In this document: positions 16,577 through 26,355 of the stretch, piece after piece
How the letters are laid out: the number at the start of each line of letters is the position of its first letter
Numbering within the stretch: position 1 is the first letter of the stretch
From: Candidatus Gottesmanbacteria bacterium
GTDB lineage: Bacteria > Patescibacteriota > Microgenomatia > 2-02-FULL-39-11
Assembly (NCBI GenBank): GCA_016186795.1
Contig: JACPKY010000002.1
Location: 716,943-780,942, forward strand
Length of the DNA: 64,000 nt
Reading direction: 5' to 3'
Notes under the pieces: model-generated
Told to the model about the DNA's origin: nothing
Seen by the model: only the letters and a program-made list of their open reading frames with translations
Database searches by the model: none
Made by a program: the position numbers and the translations under genes

Positions 16577-18641
16577 TGAGTCGAAGGAGTACTTCCTTAT
16601 TCTTGGCATGGAAGAAAGGCGGATTACTGCAGCCGTTGCAAAGCTTTCTGGAAACGAAATTACAATTCTCGGAACAGGCGAGGGTGAATGGAATAAAGGA
16701 GATAATGCATCAGACGTTGCAGATATTGCTATTTCTGCTGCAGAAAAAAATCTAAAAGAGAGCGTCCTTCTTGAAAAAGTTATTTTTGGACTTCCCATAG
16801 ACTTTCTCGAAAATGATGCTATTAAACCGGAACATCTCGTAACGCTAAAAACAATTGCGAAGGAACTTGATTTAAAACCGAGTGGGTTTATTGAGTATCC
16901 TCAAGCATTTGCATACTACCTTGAATCAAAGGAAGGTTCTGCTCCAACACTTCTTCTCTTTTCAATAGGATCTACGGATATTACTGTCTCTCTTATCCGG
17001 GTTGGCAAATTAGAAAAAAATAGTACGCAACCTCGAAGCGAATCTTTCACTGACGATATAACCCGTATTGTCAATACTTTTAAGGATGAAATTCTTCCCT
17101 CTCGAATACTTATTTATGATCGGACACAAAAAGAGAATGTAGAAAATATTCGGGAGGAGCTATTACGATTCTCCTGGCATAAGTACTCATCATTTCTCCA
17201 TACCCCAAAAGTTGAGACACTCCCTGAAAATGTGGGAACTCTCGCTCTCGTTGAAGCAGCGGGAGGAAGTATCTTAAAATTGATGCAAGAGGAGATTGAG
17301 GAATCTCCTCCAAAAGATGAAAATTTCGGGTTTGTAAAGCATGCAGAAAAAAAGGGCACGTCGGAGAAAGAATTGGAAACTGAAATCGAGAAAAAAAGAG
17401 AGCCATTAAAATCTTTGCGAAATTTGCCTCTCCTTTCGAATCTTTTGGGAAACATCTCAAAAATTTCTCTCCCTAAACTGGCTCTCTTTGAATCTTTTTC
17501 AGGGAGAAAACTCTTTCTTATTATTCCATTCATTGTCCTTACTCTTTTTCTTGTTGCAATTGGAATGAGAATTTTTTTCTACTCCCCAAAAGCTGAAATT
17601 CATTTCATTACATACCCTATTTCGACATCAAAACGTATTGCGGTCCTGTTTACAACTGAATTGAATCGTTCTTCTGAATCAAACGTCATTATTGCAACTC
17701 CGATAAACGTTGAAACAAGTGGTGAAAAGGCTGTTGCAACAACCGGAAAATCAAAAATTGGAGAAGCCGCCAAAGGCGAAGTAACTATTTATAATAAAAC
17801 GCTTGCAGGAAAGACTTTTCCAAAAGGAATAATTCTCACAACCGACTCTCTACAGTTTAGCCTTGATCAAGATGTAAACGTCGCCTCTGCATCGGATACC
17901 GGAGAAGGACTTACATTTGGCAAAATAACATCGAAAATTACCGCGCGTGAGATTGGCCCGGAGGGAAATATACCGGCTGGTCGGAATTTTACATTCAAAG
18001 ATTTTCCTGAATCACAATATTATGCAAAAAATGTGGAAAAACTAACTGGTGGCACAAGCCGTGAAGTCTCAAGTGTGTCAAAAAATGATCAAGATGGACT
18101 CCTTACAGCTCTTTCTAACGAACTTATACAAAAGGCGAGACAGGAAATTACTGGTAAAATTCACCAAGATGAAAAGATACTTGATGCTTCAATGAAAGAA
18201 ACCGTTAAGAACAAAAATTACAACAAAGATGTTGGTGCTGAAGCAAAAGAATTAACTCTTCAGGGAACACTGGAACTTTCCGCACTTGTTTACAAAAACT
18301 CTGATATAACAATACTCTCGAGTACAAATCGATCGGAAATCCCATCAGGGTATACACTTGATACTCTACGAACTACTGTCCGAATTGGTGACGTAACGAT
18401 TGATAAAAAAGGTGATTATACAGGAGAAGCCTCGATTACTTCCTATTTCATCCCCTCGTTTGATATACCTTCACTCAAAGCGAAACTTGTTGGAAAATCT
18501 TACACGGATGTCAAGTCATTCCTTGCCTCTGTGGAAAACGTCGCTGGCTTTGAAATTGTTGCCTTTCAAACGCCACCGTTTTTTGGAAATAGACTCCCGC
18601 TCCGAAGAGATAACATCTCCATCTCTGTAGTCCCTCGATAA
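16545..18641 (+). CDS. Large bitopic membrane protein of unknown function (cytoplasmic N-terminal domain, one TM, about 350-aa extracytoplasmic domain)
   Basis: One TM (LFLIIPFIVLTLFLVAIGMRIFFY) at about residue 325 and an acidic linker. The N-terminal region weakly resembles the actin-like ATPase first motif (FLILGMEE...ITILGTGEG). The start may be the downstream Met at 16608, after the alaS stop. Confidence 0.35.
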   Translation: MSILGKIMPSSESKEYFLILGMEERRITAAVAKLSGNEITILGTGEGEWNKGDNASDVADIAISAAEKNLKESVLLEKVIFGLPIDFLENDAIKPEHLVTLKTIAKELDLKPSGFIEYPQAFAYYLESKEGSAPTLLLFSIGSTDITVSLIRVGKLEKNSTQPRSESFTDDITRIVNTFKDEILPSRILIYDRTQKENVENIREELLRFSWHKYSSFLHTPKVETLPENVGTLALVEAAGGSILKLMQEEIEESPPKDENFGFVKHAEKKGTSEKELETEIEKKREPLKSLRNLPLLSNLLGNISKISLPKLALFESFSGRKLFLIIPFIVLTLFLVAIGMRIFFYSPKAEIHFITYPISTSKRIAVLFTTELNRSSESNVIIATPINVETSGEKAVATTGKSKIGEAAKGEVTIYNKTLAGKTFPKGIILTTDSLQFSLDQDVNVASASDTGEGLTFGKITSKITAREIGPEGNIPAGRNFTFKDFPESQYYAKNVEKLTGGTSREVSSVSKNDQDGLLTALSNELIQKARQEITGKIHQDEKILDASMKETVKNKNYNKDVGAEAKELTLQGTLELSALVYKNSDITILSSTNRSEIPSGYTLDTLRTTVRIGDVTIDKKGDYTGEASITSYFIPSFDIPSLKAKLVGKSYTDVKSFLASVENVAGFEIVAFQTPPFFGNRLPLRRDNISISVVPR

Positions 18642-18642
18642 T

Positions 18643-19353
18643 ATGGCACTGTATAGTTATAGAAAACAGTCAAGAAGAAGACTTCGGAAAGTCATTCGCA
18701 CTGTCTCTTTTGTTTTTATTCTTTCAGGACTTGGTATTCTTTTGTGGGTTCTTTCTCCGATTATTTTTTTTGAACTTGTCTATGCACCAAGATTTACTGG
18801 ATTACTGCGCCCAATTCCAGAAACCATTATAGAGGATACACTCGCGTCCACTCTCCCAATTATACTTCCAAGCGAGCGAATTGACTATACGAAAGCACGG
18901 GTTTGGTTTCCAAAAGCAACGAATATTTCCCTCCCCCAAACACCAACTGTCTATACTCTTTCAATTCCAAAAGTTGATATTTTTGACGCATCTGTCACCG
19001 TTGGTGGTGATGATCTCATGAAGAGCCTGATTCATTTTGCTGGACCTCTCCCTGGACAAAATGGAAACCCAGTCATATTGGGCCATTCAACGCTCCTATG
19101 GTTCTACAATCCTCGTGATTATAAATCTATATTTTCAAAACTCCCATCACTCAAGATTGGAGATACAATACAGGCCCGCGTTGATTCAATCACATATACT
19201 TTTAAGGTGTATGAAATGAGTATTGTTTACCCTGATGATCTTTCTGTGCTTCGCCAACAGAACGACAATTCGTATATTACCCTAGTAACATGCGTACCAC
19301 CGGGTACATACTTAAAACGACTTGTCGTTCGAGGAAGGCTTGAAAAAATATGA
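18643..19353 (+). CDS. Sortase-family transpeptidase
   Basis: N-terminal TM anchor, a His region PVILGHSTL, the catalytic TLVTCVPPG (TLxTC) motif, and a downstream Arg (RLVVRGRL). Confidence 0.7.
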   Translation: MALYSYRKQSRRRLRKVIRTVSFVFILSGLGILLWVLSPIIFFELVYAPRFTGLLRPIPETIIEDTLASTLPIILPSERIDYTKARVWFPKATNISLPQTPTVYTLSIPKVDIFDASVTVGGDDLMKSLIHFAGPLPGQNGNPVILGHSTLLWFYNPRDYKSIFSKLPSLKIGDTIQARVDSITYTFKVYEMSIVYPDDLSVLRQQNDNSYITLVTCVPPGTYLKRLVVRGRLEKI

Positions 19354-20636
19354 ATTCCCGTTTGACTAAAGATAACCACTCAAAACAATCTCTGAAAGCG
19401 CTTGACGCTATTAAGAAGAAACTACTTGGAAAAAAACTGAATTATCGCGAGATCTACACTCTCATGGATGAAATATCTCATGAGCGTCTAGGACCGATAC
19501 TTACCACATATTTTGTTGCAGCTGGTTTTAAAGAAGGATTCTCTCAACAAGAGCTTTACCACCTTACTCAGGCGATGGCAGAAACAGGCGCGCGACTCCA
19601 CTTTAAAGGAATAGTTGCCGATAAACATTCTACCGGTGGACTTGCGGGAACTCGAACGACAATGATTCTTGTACCGATTGTTGCTGCGGCAGGATTTACT
19701 ATCCCAAAGAATTCATCTCGCGCTATTACGACACCATCCGGAACCGCAGATACAATGGAAATTTTAGCTCCAGTTGTTTTTACGCCGAAAGAAATTCAGC
19801 GTATTGTGCAAACAGTAGGAGGATGTATTGTTTGGGGAGGCCATTTGGGACTAGCTCCTGCCGATGATGTTATTATCCAAGTAGAGGAACCACTCTCTTT
19901 CGAATCATTTGATAAAATCATTGTCTCAATCATGGCGAAGAAAATAGCCTCAGGGGCTACTCATCTTATTTTGGATATTCCTGTAGGGAAAACGCTTAAG
20001 ATTAATCACTTTAAAGATGCTGAAATAGTTGCCGATAAATTTGGCTACCTTGCAAAGCGGTTTGGTATAAAACTTGCCGTTGATATCAATCAGGCGTTTG
20101 AACCAGCTGGACATGGTGTTGGACCACTCCTTGAGGCAAGAGATGTTCTTAAGGTTCTTGAACAAAGACCAGATCGCCCTTTTATGCTTGAGGCAAAAAC
20201 TCTTCGCCTGGCAGGAAAACTGCTAAATCTTTGTCTTTCCGATAATAAGAAAAAAGATACCGGGAAAAGTGGCGAAGAGTTAGCAACAGAGATACTAACG
20301 AGTGGAAAAGCATTGGAAAAAATGCAACAAATCATCAGGGCTCAAGGAGGAAACCCTCACATTAGTGTCGAAAATTTACGTATGTCACAGATGAAGTACG
20401 AAGTTCTTTCATCTCAAAAAGGCATCATCACAACCTTCAATAATAAAAACCTCACGATCATTGCGAAAATTCTTGGTGCACCCACAGATAAAAAGGCAGG
20501 TGTATATCTCGTCCGTCGCATTGATGAACGTATTGATAAAAATGATATACTGTGTATACTATATTCGTCCGACAAATGGCGATTGAAAGAGGCAGTTGAA
20601 ACACTCCAACATGTGCCGATCTACCAGTTAAGTTAA
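19350..20636 (+). CDS. Thymidine phosphorylase family (glycosyltransferase family 3): pyrimidine-nucleoside or AMP phosphorylase
   Basis: DKHSTGGLAGTRTTMILVPIVAAAGFTIPKNSSRAITTPSGTADTMEIL matches the KHSTGG...TGGT.DK phosphate- and nucleoside-binding motifs. Length 428 aa. Confidence 0.75.
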   Translation: MNSRLTKDNHSKQSLKALDAIKKKLLGKKLNYREIYTLMDEISHERLGPILTTYFVAAGFKEGFSQQELYHLTQAMAETGARLHFKGIVADKHSTGGLAGTRTTMILVPIVAAAGFTIPKNSSRAITTPSGTADTMEILAPVVFTPKEIQRIVQTVGGCIVWGGHLGLAPADDVIIQVEEPLSFESFDKIIVSIMAKKIASGATHLILDIPVGKTLKINHFKDAEIVADKFGYLAKRFGIKLAVDINQAFEPAGHGVGPLLEARDVLKVLEQRPDRPFMLEAKTLRLAGKLLNLCLSDNKKKDTGKSGEELATEILTSGKALEKMQQIIRAQGGNPHISVENLRMSQMKYEVLSSQKGIITTFNNKNLTIIAKILGAPTDKKAGVYLVRRIDERIDKNDILCILYSSDKWRLKEAVETLQHVPIYQLS

Positions 20637-20640
20637 ACGA

Positions 20641-21603
20641 ATGAAGAAGAAATTCTTTGTCCTTCTCATTATCCTCTCATGTTTCTCTTTGGTCGTATTT
20701 CTCTGGTGGTATCAAGCAGAAAAAGCACCAAATCCGAAAGACACGGCTATGACCATTTTTTCTATTGAAAAAGGCGAAAATATTAAAAATATTGCTGATA
20801 GATTGGAAAAACAGGGGTTTATTCGATCTCCTCTTGCATTTTTCCTCCTTGCTCGGTTTGGAGGATTTTCACAACGAATTCAAGCTGGAGACTTTCGTCT
20901 GAGTACCTCAATGGATCTTCAAACAGTAATCGAATCACTTACGCATGGAACCGTCGATACATGGATTGTCATTCCCGAAGGATGGAGGAGTGAAGAAATA
21001 GCTCTCAAACTTGCAAGAGAATTAAATATTCCAGAAAGAGAATTTCTTCACGTTGCAAAAGAAGGATATATGTTTCCAGACACGTACTTATTTCCGAAAG
21101 ATGCAACAGCAGGAGCTGTAGCAAAAACTATGATGGATAACTTCGATAAAAAGGCTGATGAGAGAATTCGTACTCTGGCAAGCAAAAAAAATCTAACACT
21201 TACTGAGCTAATCACTATTGCATCACTTGTCGAACGTGAAGCAAAATTTTCGGAAGACCGTCCGCTTATAGCGAGTGTAATTCTCAATCGCCGTGCTATC
21301 GGGATGAAACTTGATATCGATGCGACAGTCCAATACGCTTTGGGATACCAATCTCAGGAAAAGACATGGTGGAAAAAAGATTTAACAACAGAAGACCTTC
21401 GCCTTGATTCACCGTACAATACATACATTCATTCCAATCTTCCTCCAACTCCAATTACCAACCCTGGAATTGCTGCTATCGAAGCTGTTGTCACTGCACC
21501 TTCGACATCATACATTTACTACATTGCTGATAAAACGGGAAAATCTCACTTTGCACAAACACTTGAGGAACACACCGCAAATATTGCCAAATATCTCAAC
21601 TAA
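20641..21603 (+). CDS. mltG: Endolytic murein transglycosylase MltG (YceG-like)
   Basis: N-terminal TM, then the YceG-domain signature ...LVEREAKFSEDRPLIASVILNRRAIGMKLDIDATVQYALG...YNTYIHSNLPPTPITNPG. Confidence 0.8.
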   Translation: MKKKFFVLLIILSCFSLVVFLWWYQAEKAPNPKDTAMTIFSIEKGENIKNIADRLEKQGFIRSPLAFFLLARFGGFSQRIQAGDFRLSTSMDLQTVIESLTHGTVDTWIVIPEGWRSEEIALKLARELNIPEREFLHVAKEGYMFPDTYLFPKDATAGAVAKTMMDNFDKKADERIRTLASKKNLTLTELITIASLVEREAKFSEDRPLIASVILNRRAIGMKLDIDATVQYALGYQSQEKTWWKKDLTTEDLRLDSPYNTYIHSNLPPTPITNPGIAAIEAVVTAPSTSYIYYIADKTGKSHFAQTLEEHTANIAKYLN

Positions 21604-21674
21604 AGAATTTCTTCCCACCTTCTGACTCTTGAAAATCTTTTCTATCTATATCATAATAGTACTTTCCCATTCAT

Positions 21675-22085
21675 ATGAAGAAAGCTGACCTCATTGCCAA
21701 TCTTCGAAATGATGTATATTGCCGGATGAAACCATCCCCAATACATGGAGTTGGTGTTTTTGCAATCCGAACTATTCCGAAAGGAATAAATATCTTTAAG
21801 GGATCACAGGAGAGCTTTTATGATTTTACAAAAAAAGAGCTCCAAAAAATATCTAAACCGGTTCAAAAGCTCATCTATGATTTTTGCTGCATCGAGAAGG
21901 GAAAAGTGTTTATACCCAAAGCGGGATTGAATAGTATTGACATATCATTTTTTGTCAATCATTCAAACAAACCGAATGTGAGATTTGATGAGGAACAAGG
22001 CTCATTTATCACGTTAAGAAAAATCAGTTCAAACGAAGAACTTGTTGTCGATTACTCCGATTTTGAAAAAAATGTTCAAACCTAA
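21675..22085 (+). CDS. SET-domain protein (putative protein-lysine methyltransferase)
   Basis: [13 protein letters not shown]..., then [10 protein letters not shown] (a variant of the NHSCxPN SAM-binding motif), and [10 protein letters not shown] (the ELxxDY post-SET tyrosine motif). 136 aa. Confidence 0.6.
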   Translation: MKKADLIANLRNDVYCRMKPSPIHGVGVFAIRTIPKGINIFKGSQESFYDFTKKELQKISKPVQKLIYDFCCIEKGKVFIPKAGLNSIDISFFVNHSNKPNVRFDEEQGSFITLRKISSNEELVVDYSDFEKNVQT

Positions 22086-22981
22086 AACCAAGATTTCTTC
22101 TTTTTTCCTTCTTCTTCAAATTCATTCAAGAGTTCTTTTTGATGGGATGTCAGTTTTGTCGGGATGCGTACTTTTACTCGCACATACAAGTCGCCTCTCC
22201 CCCCTCCATGAATGTGTGGGATGCCTTTTTCGCGAAGTCGAATGAGAGCATGGGGTTGCGTTCCAGGTTGAATCTTTACATTCAATGGTCCATCAATTGT
22301 TGGGACGGAAACAATATCTCCGACCGTGGCTTGAACGATACTTGTTTCCACGTCAGTTATCAAATCGTATCCTTCTCTTTTAAACCGTGAATCTGACTGT
22401 ACTTCAACAACAATATCAAAATCGTCAAAACGAATTCTTGACCCGCTATCAACTCCTGCCGGAATCTTAATTTTTTGGCGCTTTCCACCGAGGTCAACTG
22501 TTTTTTCAACTCCTTTCACAGCCTCCATAAAGTCAAGCGTTAGACGGTAAATAGGATGCTGTTTCCCTCGTCCTCTACCAAACGGTGATCCAACACCGAA
22601 AAATTGTTCGAAAATCTCAAATGGATCGGAAAATCCCCCAAAATCTCCACCGCCTTCAAATGGTGACCCCCCATATGTTGTGTATGTATAGGTGAACGGC
22701 CCGTATCTTCCGGTTTGCTGTCCTTCAAATGGCTCACGACCTGCTCCGAAACCACCCCCTGGCTGAAAGGCTGAGTCACCGTATTGGTTGTATACCTCAC
22801 GCTTTTTTGTATCAGAGAGAATTTCGTACGCTTTATTGATTTCCTTAAACTTTTCGGTCGCTTCTGTTGATTTGTTTCTATCCGGATGCCACTGGAGGGC
22901 TAACTTTCGATATGCACGCTTGATATCACTTTCTGTTGCGTTTTTCGATACTCCGAGTACCTCGTAATAATCTCTCGCCAT
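22082..22981 (-). CDS. dnaJ: DnaJ-family co-chaperone (J-domain plus G/F-rich region plus C-terminal substrate domains; no Zn-finger)
   Basis: [33 protein letters not shown] (HPD motif), a Gly/Phe-rich linker, and no CxxCxGxG repeats. Confidence 0.8.
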   Translation of the reverse strand: MARDYYEVLGVSKNATESDIKRAYRKLALQWHPDRNKSTEATEKFKEINKAYEILSDTKKREVYNQYGDSAFQPGGGFGAGREPFEGQQTGRYGPFTYTYTTYGGSPFEGGGDFGGFSDPFEIFEQFFGVGSPFGRGRGKQHPIYRLTLDFMEAVKGVEKTVDLGGKRQKIKIPAGVDSGSRIRFDDFDIVVEVQSDSRFKREGYDLITDVETSIVQATVGDIVSVPTIDGPLNVKIQPGTQPHALIRLREKGIPHIHGGGRGDLYVRVKVRIPTKLTSHQKELLNEFEEEGKKKKSWF

Positions 22982-23068
22982 AATATTTATCTTCGGAATA
23001 TGGGGTCTTTATTTTTTCCTGGAATCATTGGAGGAGAGTAACTATCCAATCGCTCTTTCAACATACCA

Positions 23069-24970
23069 TTACTCCACTACTTCCCCCTCTTGCACATCTT
23101 CTTTCTTCGACTTTTTCTCATCTTTTTTCTCCCCGTTCCCTTTCTCCTCTTGTTTTGTCTCTTTTCCTGTTTGAGGTTGTTGTTGATACATCGACTGACC
23201 TATCTTTTGCAGAGAATCTGAAAGATCTTTTGTTTTTGCCTCAAGATCTTCTTTTGTACCAGTATCAAGTATTGATTTAAGGGCTGTAATCTTTTCCTCT
23301 ACCTCTTTTTTGATATCGGGAGATACCTTCTCACCTGCATCTTTAACTGATTTCTCTGCAACATAGATCATGTTATCAGCTTTATTGCGCACCTCTATCA
23401 TTTCTTTCTTTTTCGAATCCTCCGATGCATGGGCTTCCGCTTCTTTCGTCATCTTCTCAATCTCATCTTTTGAAAGACCGGTTGAACCGGTTATTTTAAT
23501 ACTCTGAGATTTCCCTGTCGCTTTATCTTTTGCGGAAACACTTAATATTCCATTGGCATCAATATCAAACATCACCTCAACTTGGGGAATCCCACGAGGT
23601 GCAGGTGGAATACCATCAAGAATGAATCGTCCAAGTGATTTATTATCTGCTGCCATTGGTCGTTCTCCTTGGAGCACATGGACTTCAACCGACGTCTGGT
23701 TATCCGCAGCAGTTGAAAAGATCTCTGATTTAGATGTCGGTACAGTTGTATTCCTCTGAATAAGCGGTGTCATAACTCCACCAAGCGTTTCGACACCAAG
23801 AGTTAACGGTGTAACATCAAGAAGCACAACATCTTTCACGTCTCCAGTGAGTACCCCTGCTTGGACGGCAGCACCAACTGCAACAACCTCATCTGGATTT
23901 ACCGATTTATTTGGTTCTTTCCCAAAAAAGTTCTTTACTACCTCGGTGACCTTTGGCATTCTGGTCATTCCACCAACCAAGACAACTTCGTCAATATCGC
24001 TTTTTGTAATTTTTGCATCTTTAAGAACCGCGCCAACCGGTTCCAAGGATTTATCAATTAGACCTCCGACTAAGCTTTCCAATTTGGAGCGGGTAAGTTT
24101 TTTCACCAAATGGAGCGGTCCCTCTTTCCCTTGAGTAATAAAGGGAAGATTTACCTCTGCCTCAAGTGCAGTTGAAAGCTCTATCTTTGCCTTTTCGGCT
24201 GCGTCTCGAAGCCTTTGCAGAGCCTGAGGATCTCTCCGCAGATCTACTCCGTTTTCTTTCTTAAATTCATCCGCAAGGAAATCAAGAATCACTTTATCAA
24301 AATCATCTCCTCCGAGATGTGTATCTCCATTTGTTGCTTTCACTTCATACACACACTCACCAAGTTCAAGTACTGAGATATCAAACGTACCACCACCAAG
24401 ATCGTACACCGCAACCGTATGCGCATGTTTCTTATCAAGACCGTATGCCAAAGCTGCAGCTGTTGGTTCATTCAGAATCCGTTTGACAGTGAGTCCCGCA
24501 ATTTCTCCTGCTTGTTTGGTTGCTTGTCTTTGAGAGTCATCGAAGTATGCAGGAACAGTAATAACTGCTTCAGTTACTTTCTGACCAAGATACCCTTCGG
24601 CATCTGCTTTAATTTTTTGTAAAATCATGGCTGAGATCTCTTGAGGAGTAAACGTTCTTCCCTCAACCTCAACAACCGCCATTCCATCTCGACCCTCTTT
24701 AATAACGTATGGAAGCCATTTTATATCATGCTGTACTGATTTATCGTTAAACTTTCTCCCCATGAGTCTTTTGATAGAAAATATTGTCGACTTGGGGTTT
24801 ATTACCATTTGCCGTTTCGCAACATCTCCCACTATTCGTTTGATTGGATCAACAACAGATGGAATGACGTTTCGGCCCTCAGAGGAATGGATGACTTTAG
24901 GATTTCCTCCCTCCATAACTGCTACACAGCTATTCGTTGTACCTAAATCAATACCGATTATTTTTGACAT
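23069..24970 (-). CDS. dnaK: Chaperone DnaK (Hsp70)
   Basis: [33 protein letters not shown], and a C-terminal lid region. A strong Shine-Dalgarno (AAGGAGG) lies upstream. Confidence 0.95.
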   Translation of the reverse strand: MSKIIGIDLGTTNSCVAVMEGGNPKVIHSSEGRNVIPSVVDPIKRIVGDVAKRQMVINPKSTIFSIKRLMGRKFNDKSVQHDIKWLPYVIKEGRDGMAVVEVEGRTFTPQEISAMILQKIKADAEGYLGQKVTEAVITVPAYFDDSQRQATKQAGEIAGLTVKRILNEPTAAALAYGLDKKHAHTVAVYDLGGGTFDISVLELGECVYEVKATNGDTHLGGDDFDKVILDFLADEFKKENGVDLRRDPQALQRLRDAAEKAKIELSTALEAEVNLPFITQGKEGPLHLVKKLTRSKLESLVGGLIDKSLEPVGAVLKDAKITKSDIDEVVLVGGMTRMPKVTEVVKNFFGKEPNKSVNPDEVVAVGAAVQAGVLTGDVKDVVLLDVTPLTLGVETLGGVMTPLIQRNTTVPTSKSEIFSTAADNQTSVEVHVLQGERPMAADNKSLGRFILDGIPPAPRGIPQVEVMFDIDANGILSVSAKDKATGKSQSIKITGSTGLSKDEIEKMTKEAEAHASEDSKKKEMIEVRNKADNMIYVAEKSVKDAGEKVSPDIKKEVEEKITALKSILDTGTKEDLEAKTKDLSDSLQKIGQSMYQQQPQTGKETKQEEKGNGEKKDEKKSKKEDVQEGEVVE

Positions 24971-25008
24971 ATATTTTCCTCCTTACAAATGAATGAATGG
25001 TTCATAAT

Positions 25009-25524
25009 TTAATTTGATGATTTTTCAGATACTTCTGCTTCCTTTAATTCGTCTTTTTTCTTTCCAACGATTACTTTTGCCGGTCTTAAAAGTTTCCCTC
25101 TATAAAAGTACGCTTTCCCAAGTTCTCCTAAAACTTCATTATCTTTTCCATTTTCAACTTCTCTCACCTCAATACACTCCATCGTATGCGGGTCATACAT
25201 TGTTCCAACGACTATTTTATGCGTGACACCGTATCCTTGCAGTACATCATGAAATTGCAATCTTACTGACTTTAACCCTTGATCTTCTCTATACGGGTCA
25301 TGTTTTAGCATCTCATCAAATACATCAATAATTGGTAATAATTTCAAAACTAGTTGTTCTTCTAACCGATTTGTTAATTCTTTCTTTTCTTCTTGTACTC
25401 TTTTTTCTAAATTTTGATAGTCAGCGAGTGCCCGAAGATATTTTCCTTTCCAGACATTTTCTTCTTTCTCACTCTGAAGAGCTTTTGAACCGTCGTGCTT
25501 TTTACTTTGTATTTTCATCACCAA
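25009..25524 (-). CDS. grpE: Nucleotide exchange factor GrpE
   Basis: A coiled-coil N-terminus and C-terminal beta-domain typical of GrpE (...VGTMYDPHTMECIEVRE...). It has a TTG start and sits between hrcA and dnaK. Confidence 0.8.
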   Translation of the reverse strand: MVMKIQSKKHDGSKALQSEKEENVWKGKYLRALADYQNLEKRVQEEKKELTNRLEEQLVLKLLPIIDVFDEMLKHDPYREDQGLKSVRLQFHDVLQGYGVTHKIVVGTMYDPHTMECIEVREVENGKDNEVLGELGKAYFYRGKLLRPAKVIVGKKKDELKEAEVSEKSSN

Positions 25525-26249
25525 TTTGCCGCAACTTCATTAATGAGATTTCCCATATACCGAACGAGTGGAATGATTTTCGGATAATTTAATCGAGAAG
25601 GACCAATGACACCAATGACGCCTTGATGATGTGGCGAAGAAATCTTGGTAAATACTCCCCCACATTGATTGAGAAACTGCCGCCCCAGATCGTCACCGAG
25701 GAGTACTGAAAGAGGTTCTTCATTTGACGTTATAGAACTTGCGACATCCCACCAAAACTCATACTCATCAAGAGTATTGAGTAAATGTTTGGTGATATCA
25801 ATATCAAAAAATTCCGGCATATCGAGAATATTTGATATACCTGAGGAATAAAGATGGCCCTCATCAGTTGCTGCCAGTGACATCGTTTTTGTATTTTTTG
25901 CAAGAGCCCGTGTTGCCTCCCTTAAGAGTTTATCCGTTTCTTCTCGGTAATCCCAAATTTTTTGTTTTACAGTCACTTCCTCTGTCACCGAAAGTTCCTT
26001 TGTCTTCATGAGCTTCTCAACATACAATCTCATTGCTTCAGGAGTGGGCGATCGACCAGCTGAAGTATAAGGCTGTTTTAAATATCCATACTGGGTAAGC
26101 TTCACCATCTCATTACGAATTGTAGCCGGTGAAACACCAAGGTTATACTTTTTATCCAATGTTTCAGATCCCACGGGTTCGGCGGTTTCAATAAACTCTT
26201 CTATAATTACTCGCAGTATCTGAAGTTGTCTTTCACTCAGAGAATTCAT
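25518..26249 (-). CDS. hrcA: Heat-inducible transcription repressor HrcA
   Basis: MNSLSERQLQILRVIIEEFIETAEPVGSETL...ATIRNEM winged-HTH N-terminus. The gene order hrcA-grpE-dnaK-dnaJ matches the canonical operon. Confidence 0.8.
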   Translation of the reverse strand: MNSLSERQLQILRVIIEEFIETAEPVGSETLDKKYNLGVSPATIRNEMVKLTQYGYLKQPYTSAGRSPTPEAMRLYVEKLMKTKELSVTEEVTVKQKIWDYREETDKLLREATRALAKNTKTMSLAATDEGHLYSSGISNILDMPEFFDIDITKHLLNTLDEYEFWWDVASSITSNEEPLSVLLGDDLGRQFLNQCGGVFTKISSPHHQGVIGVIGPSRLNYPKIIPLVRYMGNLINEVAANW

Positions 26250-26276
26250 AGATCATCACTGGTCACAGATTGTAAT

Positions 26277-26303
26277 TAGCACTAAGATATCATGACTGCT
26301 AAT
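26277..26303. promoter_or_regulatory. CIRCE operator (HrcA binding site)
   Basis: TTAGCACTA-agatatcat-GACTGCTAA matches the consensus TTAGCACTC-N9-GAGTGCTAA at 8/9 and 8/9 positions. It lies about 28 bp upstream of the hrcA start, in the spacer shared with the divergent hydrolase gene. Coordinates are approximate, within 1 nt. Confidence 0.75.
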
Positions 26304-26355
26304 CATTGTCAAGAGAAGTACTTTTTTCTTTTCACACTTCGATTTCCATGCTACG

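Noticed and set aside
16545-17500. N-terminal domain of the 698-aa membrane protein as a PilM/FtsA actin-like ATPase that would complete the distant pilN/pilO cluster.
   Set aside because: Only a weak first-motif resemblance. No clear phosphate-1, phosphate-2 or adenosine motifs were seen by eye, and it lies 14 kb from the pilN/pilO-like genes. It is left as hypothetical.
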